A stretch of 24,000 bases of DNA, taken from Aeromonas phage vB_AsM_ZHF. The stretch lies in the sequence record MW584871.1. One strand, written 5' to 3'. Positions 1 through 5,507 of the stretch are shown one piece after another. Made by a program: the position numbers and the translations under genes. Positions within the stretch are counted from its first letter, which is position 1. Each line of letters starts with the position of its first letter. Under the pieces are notes generated by a model, which was not told the origin of the DNA, made no database searches, and worked only from the letters and a program-made list of their open reading frames with translations.

Positions 1-97
1 TGTTTTAATAACTTTGAGTGGGTCATTTGCACTATCGCGATTGAAGTGCTCAGTCATTATGTCTTTTAGCATAGTGAAAAATAAGCGACTTTGCCGC

Positions 98-268
98 TTA
101 CTCCAATTCGATTACTTTTGCTTCCAGGGTCAAAGTATCATTCACTGGAAATTTGGTATTTGCGGGAATCATTGGGTCATGACTCTCAATGACATTGAAA
201 TAATGGCCAGATTTCTGTGCAACGATTTTACCAAAACCGAAATCGATAGTATGAGTAGCTTTAGACAT
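98..268 (-). CDS. small hypothetical protein (MSKATHTIDFGFGKIV...)
   Basis: The track ORF 98..385 is open; the internal ATG at 268 is preceded by AAGGA-TTAAAA and is the better start. The upstream part overlaps the neighbouring ORF 343..786. Confidence 0.55.
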   Translation of the reverse strand: MSKATHTIDFGFGKIVAQKSGHYFNVIESHDPMIPANTKFPVNDTLTLEAKVIELE

Positions 269-342
269 TTTTAATCCTTGTAACATGTGTTTATTTGATA
301 TGGCAATAATAACATCAAGCTTGAACAATTTAACAGGCTGCA

Positions 343-786
343 TCAAGTTTTTAGGATAAATTCGGCATTTACTAATTTTGCCCATTTGTAAAAATCATGC
401 ACCCTGTTCTCATCAAAGAGAATAAATTCGCTCTCGTCAACCATGATGAATTGAATTTTTTCTAAATCCAGAATCTGCAATTGTCTCTTAATATCATTAA
501 AAGTCAGAATATCGAATTTAGCTCCCATACTTTTGGTCATTTTCTTATTTTGGGTGTTCATGACTACCATTGCGACTTTGGCATGATTGCTTAATTCGTT
601 ACCAAGCCTGATAAATGAAGTTGTTTTACCGGTTTGCCGACCAACATTTATGGATATTGTTCTATTCGATTTTAAAAAATCTGATCGATCTTTCAATACC
701 TCCATCTCGCACCCCGGTGGGTAATTGACCGAAACAACACGCATTGCATTTACGAAGAAAGAGTTATAATCGAAATATTTGTTCAT
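343..786 (-). CDS. small P-loop NTPase-like phage protein (147 aa)
   Basis: Walker A-like GRQTGKTT and Walker B-like IQFIMVDES in the translated ORF. Confidence 0.7.
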   Translation of the reverse strand: MNKYFDYNSFFVNAMRVVSVNYPPGCEMEVLKDRSDFLKSNRTISINVGRQTGKTTSFIRLGNELSNHAKVAMVVMNTQNKKMTKSMGAKFDILTFNDIKRQLQILDLEKIQFIMVDESEFILFDENRVHDFYKWAKLVNAEFILKT

Positions 787-811
787 GTTGAAACCTCGTC
801 GAGAGAATACG

Positions 812-834
812 AAAAGGGCTCCCGAAGGAGCCCT
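812..834 (-). terminator. Rho-independent terminator
   Basis: Minus strand AGGGCTCC-TTCG-GGAGCCCT followed by TTTC. Confidence 0.75.
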
Positions 835-836
835 AA

Positions 837-1031
837 TTATGATTGACGCTTAATTCGCCGTTTTAGCATATCGTAATACCTGTCCATCGCGATATACTGT
901 TGTTCCATGAGAAACTTCTCATCAGGATCAAGAGTCTTGTAAATATCAGACATGTTAATGAAATCGTTGAGCTTATTCAGTCGAACACCCAATTCACTCA
1001 GCTCATCTTTCATACGTTGTAAATGAGACAT
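837..1031 (-). CDS. conserved small phage protein, helical
   Basis: ORF 837..1094; internal start MSHLQRMKDELSELG... at 1031 preceded by AAGGTAATTAAT. Pattern LxPDEKFLMEQQYxAMxxYxxxLxxRI resembles a small helical family common in phages. Confidence 0.6.
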   Translation of the reverse strand: MSHLQRMKDELSELGVRLNKLNDFINMSDIYKTLDPDEKFLMEQQYIAMDRYYDMLKRRIKRQS

Positions 1032-1041
1032 ATTAATTACC

Positions 1042-1251
1042 TTAATAAATTGATCTGAGCAATTCCTGTTGACGCCTGCGAAGCTTCTGTTCATCAGTTA
1101 ATTGATCTTCTGGAATTTGTTCTTTTACTACTCCGGGTTTTCTATTTGGGCCGGTGTTTTTCCACAATGGAGAATTATACCAATTCTCGCTTCGTGCATT
1201 TCCACTGCCCCTTCCCTCTCGGGCATGAGATTTTTCGTGCATCATCGTCAT
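1042..1251 (-). CDS. hypothetical protein
   Basis: 69-aa ORF, compactly placed between the tRNA-Arg and the next gene. Confidence 0.5.
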   Translation of the reverse strand: MTMMHEKSHAREGRGSGNARSENWYNSPLWKNTGPNRKPGVVKEQIPEDQLTDEQKLRRRQQELLRSIY

Positions 1252-1267
1252 GACATCACCTTTAATT

Positions 1268-1344
1268 TGGCAGTCCCTATTGGATTTGAACCAATGACCC
1301 GCGGCTTAGAAGGCCGCTGCTCTATCCAACTGAGCTAAGAGACC
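1268..1344 (-). tRNA. tRNA-Arg(TCT)
   Basis: Full cloverleaf GGTCTCT...AGGGACT-G-CCA; anticodon stem GCGGC/GCCGC, loop CTTCTAA. Confidence 0.93.
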
Positions 1345-1352
1345 ATATGACT

Positions 1353-1375
1353 AAAAAGCCGCAATCAAGCGGCTT
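1353..1375 (-). terminator. Rho-independent terminator
   Basis: Minus strand AAGCCGC-TTGATT-GCGGCTTTTTAG; overlaps the 3' end of the NADAR-like frame. Confidence 0.75.
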
Positions 1376-1814
1376 GGAGTTTATCTCGAATACGATACAG
1401 ATTTGAACAAAATTCTTGTTCAGTTAACACTGTTTCATTCTTTTTACTTTTACCCATTGAATGGGTTAACGAAGAATTCCGGGTGGCTAGGATTGCTCGT
1501 TGAAATCCGGAATTCTTCGCAATTTCGTCGTACGCACGGCAGATTAAATCAGAATAAGCATCGCTTTGCCGCCGCATCGGTTTACCTTTCCAGTACAGAG
1601 TTTGATCTCTCCACTAGTTTTTCTTTTTGCCTTTAAATTTGGCGGCTTTACCAACCAGAGTGCAAACGTGTTCTTGCATTTCAGGCGATTTGAATTTGAG
1701 AGACTGAAGGAATCCTTCCATTGAGGAACATTTAATCCCATCGATAACGAATTCATGCGGAGCAAAATTACTCAATGCACACGATGGCCAAGGCGCGCCG
1801 GATCCGATATCCAT
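1365..1814 (-). pseudogene. NADAR (YbiA/DUF1768-like) family gene interrupted by one in-frame amber codon
   Basis: ORFs 1614..1814 and 1365..1577 are in the same frame: ...GKAAKFKGKKKN*WRDQTLYWKGKPMRRQSDAY...LATRNSSLTHSMGKS..., separated only by TAG at 1614-1616. Start has GAGGAA RBS. Confidence 0.7.
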
Positions 1815-1830
1815 AGTATTTTCCTCAAAT

Positions 1831-1908
1831 TGGTGGGTTCTGCTAGTATCGAAATAGCATCATCAGGATGCAAAGCAACCTACGGTCTTCCCATTAAACG
1901 AAGAACCC
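1831..1908 (-). tRNA. tRNA-like gene with enlarged anticodon loop (possibly Ala(TGC)-derived)
   Basis: GGGTTCT/AGAACCC acceptor, GTTT/AGAC D stem, TTCGATA T loop, encoded CCA; 78 nt with ~4 extra nt in the anticodon arm (TAGG-TTGCTTTGCAT-CCTG). Confidence 0.7.
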
Positions 1909-1912
1909 AAAT

Positions 1913-1987
1913 TGGTGACCCTGGTAGGAATCGAACCTACTACGAGCGGTTATGAGCCGCCTGCTTGAACCGTCTAGCTACAGGGCC
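1913..1987 (-). tRNA. tRNA with CAT anticodon, probably Ile2 (CAU, lysidine type)
   Basis: GGCCCTG...CAGGGTC-A-CCA; stem GGCGG/CCGCT, loop CTCATAA; closer to recalled E. coli ileX than to elongator Met. Confidence 0.88.
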
Positions 1988-2045
1988 GTCAGATGAAAAA
2001 GCCGATAACGATCATTCGATTGGTCGCCGGCGTTGTTATTCGGGC

Positions 2046-2105
2046 GCTTGTTAGGGTCTCGAACCCATCACAAATATACGTATGTGTGAACTGCCAGACA
2101 ACAAG
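2046..2105 (-). other. short tRNA-like element lacking a recognisable D arm
   Basis: Minus strand CTTGTTG ... ATGGGTTCGAGACCC-TAACAAG-C: 7-bp acceptor-like stem plus canonical T loop, only ~60 nt. Confidence 0.4.
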
Positions 2106-2189
2106 TACTTAGAAAGCTACTTTAAGGTTCCGGTTCGCGACCCTTTCCCAGATTTTGCTATTTTCCCACGTTCAACAAGCGATTGAAGT

Positions 2190-2266
2190 TGGAAGCGATG
2201 AGCGGATTCGAACCGCTGATTTTCGGGATATGAGCCCGACGAGGACGACCTCTCCTCTACATCGCA
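2190..2266 (-). tRNA. initiator-type tRNA-fMet(CAT)
   Basis: TGCGATG...CATCGCT-T-CCA with 1:72 T-T mismatch, A11:T24 pair, anticodon stem TCGGG/CCCGA (three consecutive G:C pairs), anticodon CAT. Confidence 0.85.
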
Positions 2267-2279
2267 TCAAAATTTAGAG

Positions 2280-2352
2280 CGGAGCCACCGAGGATCGAAC
2301 TCGGTGCTGTCCCGTGACAGGGGACTATTTTAACCAAATAAACTATGGCTCC
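2280..2352 (-). tRNA. tRNA-Asp(GTC)
   Basis: GGAGCCA...TGGCTCC-G; loop CTGTCAC; CCA not encoded. Confidence 0.88.
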
Positions 2353-2364
2353 GCTCTAAACTCT

Positions 2365-2422
2365 GTTTTGGTATGAGTTAATAATATCACTCATTGAGAA
2401 ATTTGAAACAATATGCTTCAGG
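2365..2422. repeat. copy 1 of a hairpin-bearing element repeated three times in the tRNA cluster
   Basis: GTTTTGGTATGAGTTAATAATATCACTCATTGAG...GAAACAATATGCTTCAG; inverted repeat ATGAGT/ACTCAT. Confidence 0.7.
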
Positions 2423-2429
2423 ATACATT

Positions 2430-2517
2430 TGGCGGAGAAGGAGAGATTTGAACTCTCGAAACCTTTCGGTTTACTTCCTTAGCAGGGAAGCGATTTCAGC
2501 CGCTCATCCACTTCTCC
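2430..2517 (-). tRNA. tRNA-Ser(GCT)
   Basis: Type II, GGAGAAG...CTTCTCC-G-CCA, loop CTGCTAA, long variable arm. Confidence 0.93.
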
Positions 2518-2525
2518 TAAAAATT

Positions 2526-2601
2526 TGGTAGTGGATATTGGGATCGAACCAATGCGCTCTCGATTATCGGTCGAGTGCTCTACCTACTGAGCTAATCCAC
2601 T
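2526..2601 (-). tRNA. tRNA-Ile(GAT) with C33
   Basis: AGTGGAT...ATCCACT-A-CCA, stem CTCGA/TCGAG, loop CCGATAA. Confidence 0.9.
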
Positions 2602-2603
2602 AT

Positions 2604-2679
2604 TGGCATGACATCAAGGATTCGAACCCTGGCCGCACGGTTTTGGAGACCGGCATGCTACCGCTAACACCAATGTCAT
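2604..2679 (-). tRNA. tRNA-Trp(CCA)
   Basis: ATGACAT...ATGTCAT-G-CCA, loop CTCCAAA. Confidence 0.92.
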
Positions 2680-2834
2680 ATTGAAACGATCTGGGCGCAC
2701 CATTTCCAGACAAAACCTCGTCGGAGGCCAAGGGCCAGCAAGATATGATACAGGCCGACGCCCTCGTCATATCCAGATGGTCTTCCCTTTTACTTAACGA
2801 ACGGGTCCGAAGAAGTCCGTTCCTTTGTATTTAT

Positions 2835-3020
2835 TTAGCGATTGCGGTTTGCGATGCAAAAAATATGGATAAGTACCGTCAATGGCCACAAACCACCTGC
2901 AAAAGCAGAGCCAATCAAATTACCCGCAATTTCGGAAGGGGAATCCGAATATCGCTTATAATCGCCCAAGAAAGAGCAAATAAAGAAGATAACAGCAATA
3001 ACTTGATAAGCAAATAACAT
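2835..3020 (-). CDS. small membrane protein
   Basis: Start at the internal ATG (MLFAYQVIAVIFFICSFLG...) preceded by GAGGAAAAT; the longer track start would run into tRNA-Thr. Confidence 0.6.
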   Translation of the reverse strand: MLFAYQVIAVIFFICSFLGDYKRYSDSPSEIAGNLIGSAFAGGLWPLTVLIHIFCIANRNR

Positions 3021-3043
3021 AATATTTTCCTCATTTAAAAATT

Positions 3044-3119
3044 TGGTGCCGATTGTCCGACTCGAACGGACCACCCCAGCGTTACAAAGGCTGTGCTCTA
3101 CCAGATGAGCTAAACCGGC
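3044..3119 (-). tRNA. tRNA-Thr(TGT)
   Basis: GCCGGTT...AATCGGC-A-CCA, loop TTTGTAA; C31:C39 mismatch in the anticodon stem. Confidence 0.9.
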
Positions 3120-3215
3120 AATTAATCATGTATATTTACGCCATCTCCGTTAGATGAAGCAAATACAAGATTAGATGAACTTTTCAATCGAATGCTATCA
3201 ATTGGAGTATGGAAA

Positions 3216-3479
3216 TCAAATCTGCTTAAAATGTTGAACCAAATCACCAACGGTCAGGTCACGCGAAATTTTGTTTGTGTCAACTTCAATTTCACGCCAA
3301 GTCTTAACGACGGAGGTAATACAGCTGCTATCGATTTCCCATTCTTTTTGACAAACCGCACATTTAGCAATCCAACCATCACCAGCATCACATGGGCCAT
3401 AGCAGAATTCATGTGAACCAATGAATTGGTTTTGATCACAACAGACATCGCGCGTGGTTGTAATTTTGACAACATTCAT
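3216..3479 (-). CDS. Cys-rich hypothetical protein (possible zinc-binding)
   Basis: 87-aa ORF with GAGGAA RBS; contains CC, C, C and CAVC cysteines. Confidence 0.6.
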   Translation of the reverse strand: MNVVKITTTRDVCCDQNQFIGSHEFCYGPCDAGDGWIAKCAVCQKEWEIDSSCITSVVKTWREIEVDTNKISRDLTVGDLVQHFKQI

Positions 3480-3501
3480 AATATGTTCCTCAGAGTTAGT
3501 T

Positions 3502-3645
3502 CAATTCTTCAAACACTCTTCCCTAACGCTGCAGCTCGGGACATCGAGATTTCAGTTTTTAACGTGGGGATGTCTCGACCGCCACATAAACAAGAGTGTT
3601 TGAAGAATTGGAGTCAGGGCCTTACGGATGTGACTCAATTCTTCA
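3502..3645. repeat. three-part inverted repeat able to form alternative hairpins
   Basis: CAATTCTTCAAACACTCTT (3502-3520) is the exact reverse complement of 3592-3610; 3601-3616 can also pair with 3631-3645 with one bulge. Confidence 0.8.
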
Positions 3646-3755
3646 GTTTGCGCCGTTCTGGATAACCGCATCACTGGGATAGTGCCAGGAGAGGATGTTA
3701 CCACATTCGACGACTTTACGGACTTGTTTGCAACCAAGTATCCGCTTACGTAATT

Positions 3756-3830
3756 TGGTCTCAGCGGGGTGAATCGAACACCCGAAAATTCCGTCCCAAA
3801 CGGAACGACATACCACTTGCCTACGCTGAG
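3756..3830 (-). tRNA. tRNA-Pro(TGG)
   Basis: CTCAGCG...CGCTGAG-A-CCA, stem TTCCG/CGGAA, loop TTTGGGA. Confidence 0.9.
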
Positions 3831-4075
3831 ATTGAATTCGTTACCCCGTCTATACTTCCTCGTTTCACCGCGCAAAATGACGGGAGTGACTACTGAAGTT
3901 TTGTCCGAGGATTTTACGGGACGTCTCCCGATTTCTCTTGTTAAAGCCGGTCATCTAAGTGCCGGAGACAATACGGTTGTCCAACTCGCGGGCTCCAGTC
4001 ACGGCGCAATAATGGACAGTGCATCAACCAGGGGTGCGAAACTGACTAGGAATCTAGAGCCCTGTGACTTGTGTT

Positions 4076-4151
4076 TGGAGCGGGTAGCCGGTATCGAACC
4101 GGTCTACTCAAGCTTGGAAGGCTAGCATGTATCCATAAACACCTTACCCGC
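4076..4151 (-). tRNA. tRNA-Gly(TCC)
   Basis: GCGGGTA...TACCCGC-T-CCA, loop CTTCCAA; one T:T mismatch in the anticodon stem. Confidence 0.9.
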
Positions 4152-4163
4152 GAAAATAATCAT

Positions 4164-4238
4164 TGGGGTGACCTACGGGGTTCGAACCCGTACTCCCTGG
4201 GTCACATCCAGGATAGCTACCATTACTACTAAGGTCAC
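4164..4238 (-). tRNA. tRNA-His(GTG)
   Basis: GTGACCT...AGGTCAC-C-CCA, stem CCTGG/CCAGG, loop ATGTGAC, C73 discriminator; base at -1 is T. Confidence 0.88.
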
Positions 4239-4266
4239 ACCAATGATTACTTGAAACTAATTACAG

Positions 4267-4338
4267 TGAGCGGTACGGGACTCGAACCCGTCTTCCGGCG
4301 CCTAAAAGGTGGTGTGCTCGGCCATACACTCGCCGCTC
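4267..4338 (-). other. degenerate tRNA-like gene
   Basis: GAGCGG/CCGCTC acceptor pairing, GTGT/ACAC D stem, ACGGG-TTCGAGT-CCCGT T arm, but no consistent anticodon stem and no encoded CCA. Confidence 0.55.
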
Positions 4339-4433
4339 AAATTGTAGCACCCTGGAATCATTCCGTTATGGTTCGAACGTTACTCCGCATAAGTTCCTGA
4401 TGACAACGCATTACAACTTCTTTACTGCAAAAC

Positions 4434-4521
4434 TGGTGGAGAGGGTTGGTTTCGATTCCAACAAGACTCGTAAGGTACCGGCTTTACATGCCGGGACGGC
4501 TCTTTACCGCAATACCTCTCC
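4434..4521 (-). tRNA. divergent tRNA-Tyr(GTA)
   Basis: GGAGAGG...CCTCTCC-A-CCA, stem CCGGC/GCCGG, loop ATGTAAA, long variable arm; atypical T loop (AATCGAAA) and D arm. Confidence 0.75.
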
Positions 4522-4527
4522 GTTATT

Positions 4528-4603
4528 TGGTGCATCCCCTGAGACTCGAACTCAGACTTGACGGATTAAAGGTCCGCTACTCTACCAATTGAGTTAGAGA
4601 TGC
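4528..4603 (-). tRNA. tRNA-Lys(TTT) with C33
   Basis: GCATCTC...GGGATGC-A-CCA, stem GCGGA/TCCGT, loop CCTTTAA. Confidence 0.9.
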
Positions 4604-5137
4604 TCGTAAAACTTGTTTATCTATTTTGCGCTTATGATTGAAGAATTGCAGAGCTTCTTTCATTTTATCTCCCGTTTTGTCATAAATCCACTCGCCATCA
4701 GCTTCATACAAATTGTGTAAAGCTTTTTCATCCGCAAAACGAGATTTAGAGAAGAAATAAGTGACCATATCAAAATCGCGATTCGGTGAATAACTATGGT
4801 ACGATGATAATCGAGATTGTATTGATATTGTACTTCCAATTTTAAAATGATGTGGCCAAGCTGGATTTGTTATCAGATAAACAAAACCTTCATTTATTCC
4901 CGACGCTTTTCCAGATCGATAATATTTCAAATTGAGAAGAGATACTCTAACGTAATTCATCTGGGCGCAAATGCTCTTAACCCAGCTGCCGTTTTTTCGT
5001 ATAAATGGCAATTTAGTCGTCTGATAGATATGATTGAAAAATATCGAATGAACTAAATCATCAGTTATTTCAAAATCACCGTGTATTCCTTCTTTCAATA
5101 AGAAGGATCCGTATCTATCAAATAGATCTTGCTTCAT
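4577..5137 (-). CDS. GIY-YIG/T5orf172-like domain protein, putative homing endonuclease
   Basis: Core GFVYLITNPAWPHHFKIGSTISIQSRLSSYHSYSP...E..LH.L resembles (Y)IG-x-(R/S) T5orf172 domains; inserted between tRNA genes. Confidence 0.65.
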   Translation of the reverse strand: MKQDLFDRYGSFLLKEGIHGDFEITDDLVHSIFFNHIYQTTKLPFIRKNGSWVKSICAQMNYVRVSLLNLKYYRSGKASGINEGFVYLITNPAWPHHFKIGSTISIQSRLSSYHSYSPNRDFDMVTYFFSKSRFADEKALHNLYEADGEWIYDKTGDKMKEALQFFNHKRKIDKQVLRASLTQLVE

Positions 5138-5160
5138 AAAATATATTTCTCATGTTAAAT

Positions 5161-5243
5161 TGGTGGAACGCCTTGGACTCGAACCAAGAATGCCAGAGGC
5201 GAGCGGGTTACAGCCGCTTGGGATACCATTACCCGAACGTTCC
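5161..5243 (-). tRNA. tRNA-Tyr(GTA)
   Basis: GGAACGT...GCGTTCC-A-CCA, stem AGCGG/CCGCT, loop CTGTAAC, 13-nt variable region. Confidence 0.88.
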
Positions 5244-5256
5244 ATGAAATTGATTT

Positions 5257-5339
5257 TGGCGGTGATGGTTGGAGTCGAACCAACGTAGAGTTTCCTCACC
5301 GGTTAACAGCCGGCCGCATGACCGTTATGCTACATCACC
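5257..5339 (-). tRNA. tRNA with GTT (Asn) anticodon and long variable arm
   Basis: GGTGATG...CATCACC-G-CCA, loop CTGTTAA, variable region GAGGAAACTCTAC, T arm GTTGG-TTCGACT-CCAAC. Confidence 0.85.
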
Positions 5340-5352
5340 CCAAAATCAACTT

Positions 5353-5413
5353 GTTTTAATCGATGAGACAATAATATCTCATTTCCAGCAACTCTGAACA
5401 ATATGCTTCAGAA
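5353..5413. repeat. copy 2 of the thrice-repeated element
   Basis: GTTTTAATCGATGAGACAATAATATCTCATTTCCA...GAACAATATGCTTCAGAA; inverted repeat ATGAGA/TCTCAT. Confidence 0.75.
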
Positions 5414-5418
5414 TTAAT

Positions 5419-5501
5419 GGGTGCTGGTAGGATTCGAACCTACGATACGCTTTCGTATGTCCTGCATTAGGACCGCCTTAAGCCGCTCGGCTCACAGCAC
5501 C
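5419..5501 (-). other. type II tRNA-like gene with abnormal anticodon arm
   Basis: GGTGCTG/CAGCACC acceptor, Ser/Tyr/Leu-like D arm, variable arm ATACG-AAAG-CGTAT, GTAGG-TTCGAAT-CCTAC, but anticodon hairpin is GTCCT-AATGC-AGGAC and no CCA is encoded. Confidence 0.65.
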
Positions 5502-5507
5502 TCAATT

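Noticed and set aside
1614-1616. Amber-suppressor tRNA explaining readthrough of the NADAR-like TAG
   Set aside because: I looked for a CTA anticodon in every recognisable tRNA of the window and found none in a valid loop; a suppressor elsewhere in the genome cannot be excluded.
2113-2187. Possible additional tRNA (GTTCGCGACCC-like string)
   Set aside because: No consistent acceptor, anticodon and T stems on either strand.
3769-4125. Plus-strand ORF of 118 aa and minus-strand ORF 3552..3875
   Set aside because: Both run through tRNA-Pro and/or tRNA-Gly sequences and have no convincing RBS or domain; the tRNAs explain the open frames.
4343-4433. Possible additional tRNA around GTTCGAAC
   Set aside because: Only a ~5-bp end pairing (TTGTA/TACAA); the T stem does not pair.
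4847-5056. Plus-strand ORF antisense to the endonuclease-like gene
   Set aside because: Antisense shadow ORF of a better-supported minus-strand gene.
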